Assembly (NCBI GenBank): GCA_039588295.1
Contig: JBDHAB010000010.1
Location: 32,001-96,000 of the forward strand
DNA length: 64,000 bases
Origin: Gemmatimonadota bacterium
GTDB taxonomy: Bacteria; Gemmatimonadota; Gemmatimonadetes; Gemmatimonadales; GWC2-71-9
Direction: 5' to 3'
In this document: positions 27,104 to 35,927 of the stretch, one piece after another
How positions within the stretch are numbered: position 1 is the stretch's first letter
Layout: every line of letters begins with the position of its first letter
Position numbers and translations under genes: made by a program
Notes under the pieces: generated by a model
The model's input: only the letters and a program-made list of their open reading frames with translations
Told to the model about the DNA's origin: nothing
The model's database searches: none

Positions 27104-29622
27104 TGTGCCTCCTGCAGTCGACTCAGCGCGCGCGCCAAATCTGGCTTGCTTTCCAACACCTCGCGTAACGGATCCTGGCCAAGACGTTTCATCCGGCGCA
27201 CCGCATTGCGAATCGTGAAGCGATCGACGGTGAGCCGGCGGTTCACCTCCCCCCACCGCAATGGCATGGAGACCGGAGCTCCGGGAACCGGCCGAACACA
27301 GAACGGCGCCACGAGCAACTTCCCGTGACCGTTCTGCAGGTAGTCCACGTACACGCGCCCGTCGCGTCGGGTTGGCGAGCGTGCGATCGTGGCGATCTCG
27401 GGGAGCTCGGACACAACAACTCGCGCCAGCAGCTCGCCCAGGGTACGTGATTGTTCATGGGTGCACTGACGTCCCAGCGGGAGCAGCACATGCAGGCCCT
27501 TCGATCCGCTCGTCTTCACGAAGTTGGGGAGCTCGATGTCCTCACACAACCGATGGACCACCCGCGCGATCTCTACCACATCCGTGAACGGCGCCTCACC
27601 GGGATCCAAGTCGAGGATGCACCAGTCGGGTCGCTCGAGCGAGCTGACACGGCTGGCCCAGACGTGCAGCGGGATCGAGCCCAAGTTGATGACGAACAGC
27701 AGGGACGACTCGTCGTCACAGACGAAGTACCTCAGTTCGCGCTCGCCCTGGTCACTCCACACACGCTCCGTGCGAAACCAGTCGGGTGCAAAGTCCGGCG
27801 CGTCTTTCTGAAAGAAGGACTTGCCCGTGATCCCATCCGGATATCGTGTCATCACCAGCGGACGGTCCCGCAGGTACGGCAAGATCCACGGTGCAATGCG
27901 GCGATAGTACTCGATCAGATCGCCCTTGGTGTAGCCCTCTTCGGGCCAGAACACCTTGTCCAGATTGGTGAACCGCAACTCGGCAACTTGGACCGACGCT
28001 GAGGCTACGGTTTCCGGCAAGTCTGCTTCGTCCCCATCCCGTCTCCTGGGACCGGGGTGCTCACAGTCCTTGGGCAGCTTGTCGTCCCGAAAGCGCAGGA
28101 ACACCGGCTGCCGCAGCAGCGTCTCGTCGGTCCACTCCTTGTAGCGGACCTCGCACACCACCGCCGGCTCCACCCAGACGTGCCCGGCTCCGCTCGGAGC
28201 GCCGGCGCACGGCGCATCCGGTCGCCGCGTGTTCTCGAGCGCCTGCCGTACTTGATGCAGCTCCGCCTCGGCGAAACCGCTCCCCGCCCTCCCGACGTAC
28301 ACCAACTCCTCTCCGTCGTAGGCTCCGAGGTGCAGCGCACCGAAGCCCGAGCGCGAGCCCTTGGGCTCGGTGAACCCCACCACCACAAAGTCGTCCGTGC
28401 GGTCGGACCGTACCTTGATCCACTGGGCGGAGCGGCCCGCTCGGTACTTGGAATCCGCCTTCTTGGCGACGACGCCTTCAAGGCCGAGTTTGCGAACTTC
28501 CTCGAAGAATGCCTCTCCGTGCTGGTCGATATGGTCGGCGTAGCGAATGGGACCCACCGTCGGCAGCAGCTCTCGGAGCACGGATTTCCGCTCGACGAGA
28601 GGCAGAGACCGCAGATCGAAATCCTCGAAGCCCAAGAGATCGAAGGCGTAGAACGTCGCGGGGTGCGCCGCGGCCGCCCGTCGAATGTCGATAGGGCGGT
28701 TGAACCGGGCGCGCTTCTGCAGGCGCTGAAAGCTCGGCCGCCCGGACTCGTCGTGCACCACCACCTCTCCGTCCAGCACCAGGCCATCGAATGGCAGGTG
28801 CCGAAGCGTCCGCGCGATCTCCGGAAACGCCTGCGTAGCGTCCCGGCCGCTCCGTGTGAGTAGCAGCGGCTCGCCACCGTCGAGCGATGCGACGAGGCGA
28901 TACCCGTCGTACTTGAGCTCGAAGACCCAGTTGGGCTTTGAGAACGGACGTACCCGCGTTTCGGCGAGCATGAACTCGACATCCTCCGCTCGAACGGTGC
29001 GCCGCTTCGCCTGCCCACCATGCAGCGCCGCACGGATGTCTTCCTCGGGCGCGGCTCCTTCCCCCAGCTGCTCCACGGTCAAACCCGACAGAATGGAATC
29101 CTCCGCGAACTCCTCGTCACGGTCAGCCGCAAGGTGATCCCGCTCCTTGATCAGCAGCCAGTCCTTCTCACTCTTCTTGATCTTCACGAGCGTCCAGGCC
29201 CCGCGGAGTTTATAGCCGCGCAACTCAAACAGGAGCTTCCCCTTCTCGAATCCCTCGGCGACGTCGGACAGCGGGACCCACACGCCCCGGTCCCACACGA
29301 TCATGGCGCCGGCGCCATAGTTGCCCTCGGGAATCAACCCCTCGAAGTCCACATACTCAATCGGGTGGTCCTCGACCTTGACGGCGAGGCGTTTGTCGGT
29401 GGGATCCCGCGACGGTCCTTTGGGCACCGCCCACGACTCCAGGACGCCGCCTAACTCGAGCCGCAGATCGTAGTGGAGCTGTCGCGCGGCGTGCTTGTGT
29501 ACCACGAACACCTGGGCTCCCGTGTCGCCGACGGTTCCTGCCGGCTCGGGCGTCCGGTCCACCGCGCGCTTGGCACGGTAGCCACCAAGGCGATTCGCGT
29601 TCTTGTCCTGCTTGTCAGGCAT
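27100..29622 (-). CDS. ligD: NHEJ DNA ligase D (phosphoesterase-ligase-polymerase)
   Basis: PE domain HAARQLHYDLRLE...SWAVPKGP; ligase ELKYDGYR, LDGEV, EGVVAKK; POL domain TNLDKVFWP, RYPDG, DLDP, KTSGSKGLH, DYLQN. Confidence 0.96.
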   Translation of the reverse strand: MPDKQDKNANRLGGYRAKRAVDRTPEPAGTVGDTGAQVFVVHKHAARQLHYDLRLELGGVLESWAVPKGPSRDPTDKRLAVKVEDHPIEYVDFEGLIPEGNYGAGAMIVWDRGVWVPLSDVAEGFEKGKLLFELRGYKLRGAWTLVKIKKSEKDWLLIKERDHLAADRDEEFAEDSILSGLTVEQLGEGAAPEEDIRAALHGGQAKRRTVRAEDVEFMLAETRVRPFSKPNWVFELKYDGYRLVASLDGGEPLLLTRSGRDATQAFPEIARTLRHLPFDGLVLDGEVVVHDESGRPSFQRLQKRARFNRPIDIRRAAAAHPATFYAFDLLGFEDFDLRSLPLVERKSVLRELLPTVGPIRYADHIDQHGEAFFEEVRKLGLEGVVAKKADSKYRAGRSAQWIKVRSDRTDDFVVVGFTEPKGSRSGFGALHLGAYDGEELVYVGRAGSGFAEAELHQVRQALENTRRPDAPCAGAPSGAGHVWVEPAVVCEVRYKEWTDETLLRQPVFLRFRDDKLPKDCEHPGPRRRDGDEADLPETVASASVQVAELRFTNLDKVFWPEEGYTKGDLIEYYRRIAPWILPYLRDRPLVMTRYPDGITGKSFFQKDAPDFAPDWFRTERVWSDQGERELRYFVCDDESSLLFVINLGSIPLHVWASRVSSLERPDWCILDLDPGEAPFTDVVEIARVVHRLCEDIELPNFVKTSGSKGLHVLLPLGRQCTHEQSRTLGELLARVVVSELPEIATIARSPTRRDGRVYVDYLQNGHGKLLVAPFCVRPVPGAPVSMPLRWGEVNRRLTVDRFTIRNAVRRMKRLGQDPLREVLESKPDLARALSRLQEAQ

Positions 29623-29758
29623 CGGGGTTGGCGCACCTCGGATCGGTTCCGGCCGCATAATCTGGACGGTAAGGCAAACAAAGACAATGCGTTAGGGGGA
29701 AGGGCCCGGCACGCGATTCTTGCCAGCGGGCCCGGAAGCCCTTATAGTGACTCCCCTT

Positions 29759-30619
29759 ATGAGCGCACGCCCCATCAGTACCGCAACGGTCTCCTTCGGA
29801 CTCGTGTCCGTCCCGGTCAAGCTGTATTCGGCGGCCGAGTCTGCGTCTCGGATCTCGTTCAACTGGCTCCACAAGGACTGTGGCTCCCGACTGCGCCAGC
29901 AGTACGTCTGCAAACAACATGGCGAAGGGGTGGAGAAGGAGGACATGGTCAAGGGCTATGAATTCGCCAAGGAGCAGTATGTCGTCTTCACGCCCGAGGA
30001 GCTCAAGGCGCTGGAGCAGCGTTCCACCGAGTCCATCGAGATCGTGGAGTTCGTGCCGGCGGATCAGGTCGAGCGCCGCCTCCTCGCCAAGGTCTACTAC
30101 CTCGGTCCCGACAAAGGTGGCGATCGAGCCTATCGCCTGCTGAGCAAGGCGTTGCAGGAAACCGGATTGTCCGCCCTCGCCAAGTATGCGGCGCGCGGCA
30201 AGCAGTACCTCGTCCTCGTCAGGCCGCAAGACGACGGGCTCGTCATGGAGCAGCTGTACTACGCCGACGAAGTCCGGCCGTTTTCCGAAGTGCCGCTCGG
30301 GGAGGGAGAGGTCAAGAGCGACGAGCTCAAGCTCGCGGTGCAGCTCATCGAGCAGGCCGCGTCCGACACGTTCCGACCCGAGAACTACGAGGACGAGGTT
30401 CGCAAGCGGACCCTGGAGCAGATCGAGCAGAAAGTTGCCGGTGAGGAGATCACCGCGGCACCGACCGAAGAGCCGAAGACACAGATCATCGATCTGATGG
30501 CTGCGCTCAAAGCGAGCTTGGCGAAGAGTGAGGAGCGGGCACCCGGGCGAAAGGCGGCCAAGCGCGCAGCCGCCGGACAGCGGAAGGCGACCTCCACGCG
30601 CCGCCGCAAGAAGGCCTGA
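29759..30619 (+). CDS. ku: NHEJ Ku protein
   Basis: VSFGLVSVPVKLYSA, MVKGYE, YYLGP, AYRLL, IIDLMAALKASL and a basic tail. Confidence 0.95.
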   Translation: MSARPISTATVSFGLVSVPVKLYSAAESASRISFNWLHKDCGSRLRQQYVCKQHGEGVEKEDMVKGYEFAKEQYVVFTPEELKALEQRSTESIEIVEFVPADQVERRLLAKVYYLGPDKGGDRAYRLLSKALQETGLSALAKYAARGKQYLVLVRPQDDGLVMEQLYYADEVRPFSEVPLGEGEVKSDELKLAVQLIEQAASDTFRPENYEDEVRKRTLEQIEQKVAGEEITAAPTEEPKTQIIDLMAALKASLAKSEERAPGRKAAKRAAAGQRKATSTRRRKKA

Positions 30620-30850
30620 GCGAGCCCGGCGCTCACTCCGAGCGCCACTGAGCATCTGAGTTCCGCTCGGCCCGTCCCGCACTTCAGGTCACCATCAGTC
30701 CGACCCACCCGAAGTACGAGAGAGGACGTTCGCATCCCTCGGGATCCGGGAGATAGGCACCTCCAAGCAGTCACCGCTTGACCATCGAGGGATGCGGGCG
30801 TACTTCACCTCCTCCAGGGACACAACGACTCAAGCCACGGAGGCGTACCG

Positions 30851-31279
30851 ATGAAATCCGAGGATGGGATGTTTCAAAATCTCGCGCACAACGCCTTACG
30901 GATCGCCGTCGGTCTGATGTTCTTCACCCACGGTGCCCAGAAGCTGTTGGGCTGGTTCGGTGGGTTCGGCGATGGCGGCACAGCGGAGCTGCTCTCGCGC
31001 TTTGGTGTTGCCGGGGTGCTGGAGACCTTCGGTGGTCTTGCCATCATCTTCGGCCTGTTCACGCGGCCTGTCGCGTTCGTCCTCTCCGGCCAGATGGCGG
31101 TGGCCTATTTCTGGATCCATGCGGGTCGCGGCGGCATCTGGTGGTGGGAGAACCGCGGTGAAGTCGTGGCGCTCTACGCATTCGTATTCCTGTTTCTCTC
31201 GGCCGTCGGCGGCGGGAATCTCAGCCTCGATCGGTGGCTGAAGCAGCGCCGCACATCGCCGGAGCCGAGTGGAGCGTAG
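30851..31279 (+). CDS. DoxX family membrane protein
   Basis: LRIAVGLMFFTHGAQKL, GLFTRPVAF, MAVAYF, ENRGE, GGGNLSLD. Confidence 0.9.
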   Translation: MKSEDGMFQNLAHNALRIAVGLMFFTHGAQKLLGWFGGFGDGGTAELLSRFGVAGVLETFGGLAIIFGLFTRPVAFVLSGQMAVAYFWIHAGRGGIWWWENRGEVVALYAFVFLFLSAVGGGNLSLDRWLKQRRTSPEPSGA

Positions 31280-31387
31280 GCAGTCCCGTGCAGACTGGGC
31301 CGAGCGAGTCCACCGAGTGGGCAGAACTTTTCGACCCCCGACGCCGTTGGTACTGTTAGATCCGACCTGACGCTGCTCGAGTAAACC

Positions 31388-33007
31388 ATGGCCCAAAAGA
31401 ACATAGCCGCTGCCCTCACCCCGTCGGACGCCCCGGCGGCTGGGACGTTGATCTCACTGCCCGCCGACGTGCTCGAGCAGTCCTGCAAACGAGTCGCTGC
31501 GCTCGGCGTCGTGTTGGCCGTCCTCTGGGCGTTCGCGCTCTTCAAGGGGAACGTGGTCACCCCGGCGTTCACGGAAGACATGCCGATTCACGGCCATGCG
31601 TTTCCGTGGCCCGGGAATCTCATCGCGATCGTCGGTCTCGGGATGTCACTCGGGCTGGTGGTACTGGCCGGCCGCCTGCACCACCGCCCCAACTTCCTGC
31701 TCGACCTCAGCTTGGGGTTCTATGTCGCGACTGCGTTGCTGATCGGCATCCTGAACCAGTGGCAGCCGGAGCTCCACCCCGGCCACATCTCCTGGATCTG
31801 CGTTGTCATTCTCGCCTATCCGGCCATCGCCCCAAATACGCCGGGCAAGATCCTTGTCGCGGGCCTCATCGCGGCATCCATGGACCCGCTGGGTCTCCTC
31901 CTTGCCGGTCTTCGTGGCGCGGAGATGCCGGAGACGCAGCTCGCACTGTTCTGGAGTTTTCTGCCGAACTACATCTGTGCGCTGATCGCCGTCGTGCCGG
32001 CACACATCATCCGGGGGCTTGGCCGTCATGCCCGAAAGGCGCGGGAACTCGGATCCTACAAGTTGGGTGAGGAGTTGGGCCGCGGCGGCATGGGAGAGGT
32101 GTACCGCGCCGAACATCGGCTGCTTGCGCGCCAGGCCGCGATCAAGCTGATCCGGCCTGAGGTCTTGGGGGCGCGAGATCCCGACGCGGCCCGGGTCATG
32201 GTAACGCGCTTCAAGCGGGAGGCGCAGGCCGCGGCGACGCTGCGTTCGCCACACACTATCGAGCTGTACGACTTCGGAATGACCCAGGACGGTGCCTTCT
32301 ATTACGTCATGGAGCTGCTCGATGGCATTGGGCTGGACCAGCTCGTGGAGCGGTTTGGACCCATCCCCGCTGAACGCGCGGTCCAGTTCGCGCATCAGGC
32401 CGCGCTGTCACTTGCGGAGGCCCACGCCCGAGGCTTGATCCATCGCGACATCAAGCCATCGAACATCTTCACGTCGCGCATGGGACTCCAGGTGGACTAC
32501 ATCAAGGTTCTCGACTTCGGCTTGGTCAAGGCCGTGGAAAGTCGCGATCAGGCCTTGCTGACGGCGCCGCAGATGACGACCGGCACCCCCGCTTACATGG
32601 CGCCCGAACTCGCGCTCGGGGAGAGCAACATCGACGGACAGGCCGACATCTACGCGCTGGGAGCTGTCATCTACTGGCTCCTGACCGGGAAGCTGGTGTT
32701 CGACGCCGAATCTCCCGTGAAGATGATGTATCGCCATGTGTCCGACCCTCCCGAGCCCCCCTCTCAGCATACCGAGCTAGCGATACCGGACCAGCTCGAG
32801 GCGCTCATCATGGCGTGTCTCGCCAAGAGCCCCGGTGATCGTCCCGGTGGAGCGGGCGAGCTCGCTGGGCTCCTGGCGGCGATCCCCGTCACGAACCCGT
32901 GGACGGAACACCGCGCACTGCGTTGGTGGGAAACCCATCTTCCCGAGACGCCCCGTTCGGCCCCCTGCGACCGCGGCGAGCTCGCGGCGGAATACAGCCC
33001 GGCATAG
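31388..33007 (+). CDS. Ser/Thr protein kinase with an N-terminal multi-TM sensor
   Basis: About six hydrophobic segments, then LGRGGMGEVY, AIK, HRDIKPSN, DFGL, GTPAYMAPE, DIYALG. Confidence 0.92.
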   Translation: MAQKNIAAALTPSDAPAAGTLISLPADVLEQSCKRVAALGVVLAVLWAFALFKGNVVTPAFTEDMPIHGHAFPWPGNLIAIVGLGMSLGLVVLAGRLHHRPNFLLDLSLGFYVATALLIGILNQWQPELHPGHISWICVVILAYPAIAPNTPGKILVAGLIAASMDPLGLLLAGLRGAEMPETQLALFWSFLPNYICALIAVVPAHIIRGLGRHARKARELGSYKLGEELGRGGMGEVYRAEHRLLARQAAIKLIRPEVLGARDPDAARVMVTRFKREAQAAATLRSPHTIELYDFGMTQDGAFYYVMELLDGIGLDQLVERFGPIPAERAVQFAHQAALSLAEAHARGLIHRDIKPSNIFTSRMGLQVDYIKVLDFGLVKAVESRDQALLTAPQMTTGTPAYMAPELALGESNIDGQADIYALGAVIYWLLTGKLVFDAESPVKMMYRHVSDPPEPPSQHTELAIPDQLEALIMACLAKSPGDRPGGAGELAGLLAAIPVTNPWTEHRALRWWETHLPETPRSAPCDRGELAAEYSPA

Positions 33008-33055
33008 CCCACGGCGCAGGGGACGCCGCGACGTTCGCGTGAAAGGAGTCGAGAG

Positions 33056-34483
33056 ATGAAGGTGAGCATGGCCGCGACGCTCGTCGCGGCAGTCGTCATC
33101 GGTGGTACCGCACGCATCACGCTTGCACAGCAGTCCCCGTCCCGTACGGCGTCCCCGCTGACGGAGCTGAGTGCGGCCTTCGAGGATCTCTCACGACGGG
33201 TCTCACCGGCCGTGGTGCAGGTGTGGGTCAGCGCGTTGGCGCCGGTCCGCGTGGGCGCAGGGCGAGGGGTCACACCGGTGCTCGGCCGAGAGCGCCGCAG
33301 CGGGTCGGGGCTTCTCGTCTCGGCGGACGGGTACATCCTCACGAACGCCCATGTGGTCGAGGGCGCGCGCCGGCTCGCGGTCGTGCTGGCGCGGCCGGCT
33401 GCCACCGATGCACCGGGACGTTCGATTCTCAAGCCGATCGGCGAGCGGGTTGAGGCCCAACTGGTCGGCGTCGACCGGGAGACCGACCTCGCGGTCCTCA
33501 AGATCGTTGGCATCGACCTTCCGCATCTCGAGTTGGCGGATTCCGATAGCCTCCGCGCCGGCCACCTCGTCCTCGCATTCGGCAGCCCACTCGGGCTCGA
33601 GAGCTCCGTCACGATGGGGGTGGTCAGCGCCGTCGGCCGGCAATTGGAACCCGATCATCCGATGGTCTATATCCAGACGGATGCCCCAATCAATCCCGGC
33701 AACAGCGGTGGTCCCCTCGTCGACACCGAGGGACGCGTTGTCGGCATCAACACGCTGATCTTCTCGCGCTCCGGTGGGAGCGAGGGCATCGGGTTCGCCG
33801 CGCCGAGCAACATCGCACGCGCGGTATTCGAGCAGATCCGCGACGCCGGTCGCGTGCGACGCGGGGTCATCGGCGTCAACGCCCAGACCATCACGCCAAC
33901 CCTCGCGGCGGGTTTGCGGCTCTCCCAAGGCTGGGGTGTGGTGATCAGTGATGTGTACCCACGCTCTCCCGCCGCGCGGGCCGGCCTCCAGCCCGGCGAC
34001 GTGATCGTGTCGCTCAACGGCAAAGCCATGGAGAACGCGCGGCAGTTTGACGTCAACGTCTACCGCCGCACCGGGAGCGTCATCAATCTGGACATTCGCC
34101 GCGGCCTTCAGCGGTTCGGTGCACAAGTGCTCGTCGTGGAGCGAGACGACGATCCGGCCCGCGTCGCCGATCTGGTGAGCCGCGACCGCAATCTGATAGC
34201 CGAGCTCGGCGTATTGGCGCTCGACGTGAACGAGGAGATCGCACGGATGCTCCCGTGGCTCCGCCGCACCGGGGGCGTCGCGATCGCGGGCCGCGCTGCC
34301 GGCGCACCGCGCGTCGACACGGGCCTCGAGCCCGGCGACGTGATCTACGCGGTCAACGGCCAGGCGGTGTCGTCCCTATCCCAGCTCTTGACCCTGCTCG
34401 GGGCGCTCGACCCCGGCGATGCCGTTGTGATGCACGTGGACCGAAGGGGAGCGCTGCGGTACTTTGCCTTCGAGATCCAGTGA
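33056..34483 (+). CDS. HtrA/DegQ trypsin-like serine protease with two PDZ domains
   Basis: Catalytic triad TNAHVV, TDLAV, INPGNSGGPL; PDZ SPAARAGLQPGDVI and GLEPGDVI. Confidence 0.93.
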   Translation: MKVSMAATLVAAVVIGGTARITLAQQSPSRTASPLTELSAAFEDLSRRVSPAVVQVWVSALAPVRVGAGRGVTPVLGRERRSGSGLLVSADGYILTNAHVVEGARRLAVVLARPAATDAPGRSILKPIGERVEAQLVGVDRETDLAVLKIVGIDLPHLELADSDSLRAGHLVLAFGSPLGLESSVTMGVVSAVGRQLEPDHPMVYIQTDAPINPGNSGGPLVDTEGRVVGINTLIFSRSGGSEGIGFAAPSNIARAVFEQIRDAGRVRRGVIGVNAQTITPTLAAGLRLSQGWGVVISDVYPRSPAARAGLQPGDVIVSLNGKAMENARQFDVNVYRRTGSVINLDIRRGLQRFGAQVLVVERDDDPARVADLVSRDRNLIAELGVLALDVNEEIARMLPWLRRTGGVAIAGRAAGAPRVDTGLEPGDVIYAVNGQAVSSLSQLLTLLGALDPGDAVVMHVDRRGALRYFAFEIQ

Positions 34484-34493
34484 CGGGGCAGCG

Positions 34494-35927
34494 ATGGGAG
34501 GTATGGAAAGCGTGGGCAAGGCCCTTGGAGTCCGTCATGCGGCTCTAGCGCTGGTGATCGGGTTGGCCGCGATCCGACCCGCGCCAGCGCAAGAACGACC
34601 CGACGCACCTGATACGCTCGTGCAAGAGACCGTTTCCGGTGTCGGCGTCAGCTACTGGGGCTTCATCCCACCCGCCGAAGACTCCTCACTGGCCGTGCTC
34701 AGCAACCGACGCATGCCGGTCTGGGAATCCATCCTGGTGTATCCCTACCGCGTCATCGCATTCCCCTTCAGACTCCTCGCGGACGGCGTCGGAGCGACCG
34801 TGGAGTTCGCCGCAGAGAACCCAACACTGCGTCGTTTGTTTGCGTTCAAGCCCCGAGCCTTCGTGGTCACACCTGACTTCGGCATCAGCACCCAATCCGG
34901 CACGAGTGTCGGAGTGTTGTTTCGCCACTCAGCGCTGCTTGCGCCGGGCAATGAGCTCCGACTGCGACTCTCCACCTCCACACAGGGTGATCAGCGGCTC
35001 ACGCTTGGCCTGCGGTTCCCCGTCTCGGCCCATGGGCTGCTGACCATCGGCGGCGGGCTTCGCGATCGGGCGAATACCAGGTTCTTTGGCGTCGGCCCAG
35101 ATGCCGTCGCGACGGACGAGTCGCTCTTCCGAACGCGTTCGGCATGGGCGGGGGCCGCCTATCGCCAGACGCCCCTGCCGAACGTTTCACTCGAGGGCAC
35201 GGTACTGCTTTCGCGCATCAGCACCGACGAACCGGGTGGCGACTTTCGCCCGTCGATCGTTGACCAGTTCGCCGGTCGGCTCCCCTCGGGGTTCGGTACC
35301 GGCACAACCGGAATCTCGGCAGGCGTCACGCTCACCCACGAGGATGCGCCAACCACGGGTCGACCGGCGCATGGTGGGATCCGCCGCGTCCGCGCCTCGC
35401 ACTTCTGGGGCACGAGCGACGACGAGACCCGGTTTTGGAGTTTCCGTGCGGAGGCCCAGCAGTTCTTTCGACTGTGGTTTCCCGCCAACGTGCTCGCGCT
35501 GCGGGCGGTCGTCGCCTGGCTGGAGCCGGTCGGTGACCGGGATATCCCCTTCCAGCGACTCACCACCAACGACGATCCGGATCTGTTGCGCGGCTACCAG
35601 GACTTCCGCTGGCGCGACCGTGGTCTCGTGGCGTTCTCCGCCGAGTATCGCTGGCCGATTTGGGCGTTCAGCTCCCCGGACAGCCACGGACTGGATTTCT
35701 ACTTGCTTGGTGACATCGGCCAGGTGTTCGACGAGTTCGACTCAATGACCGACGACCTCACGGTGTCGTACGGAGCCGGTATTCGAGTACTGATCAGCAA
35801 CGATTTCGTTGTCCGCTTCGAGTATGCGAGGAGTGACGAGCGCGGGATGTGGCGGCTGCAGGCAAAGCAGGTGTTTCAGTTCACCAGAGGGCTCTTCCAT
35901 GGGCGCGACCCGGCTCCCGAACGCTAG
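34494..35927 (+). CDS. Omp85 (BamA/TamA-like) outer-membrane beta-barrel without evident POTRA domains
   Basis: Signal peptide; amphipathic strands; LLRGYQDFRWRDR (VRGF/Y-like loop 6), AEYRWPI, DIGQVF, YGAGIR. Start uncertain (34494-34512). Confidence 0.75.
   Translation: MGGMESVGKALGVRHAALALVIGLAAIRPAPAQERPDAPDTLVQETVSGVGVSYWGFIPPAEDSSLAVLSNRRMPVWESILVYPYRVIAFPFRLLADGVGATVEFAAENPTLRRLFAFKPRAFVVTPDFGISTQSGTSVGVLFRHSALLAPGNELRLRLSTSTQGDQRLTLGLRFPVSAHGLLTIGGGLRDRANTRFFGVGPDAVATDESLFRTRSAWAGAAYRQTPLPNVSLEGTVLLSRISTDEPGGDFRPSIVDQFAGRLPSGFGTGTTGISAGVTLTHEDAPTTGRPAHGGIRRVRASHFWGTSDDETRFWSFRAEAQQFFRLWFPANVLALRAVVAWLEPVGDRDIPFQRLTTNDDPDLLRGYQDFRWRDRGLVAFSAEYRWPIWAFSSPDSHGLDFYLLGDIGQVFDEFDSMTDDLTVSYGAGIRVLISNDFVVRFEYARSDERGMWRLQAKQVFQFTRGLFHGRDPAPER

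Noticed and set aside
29707..29723. Sigma54-like CGGCAC...TTGC upstream of ku
   Set aside because: The spacing is 2 nt too long for the strict -24/-12 geometry.
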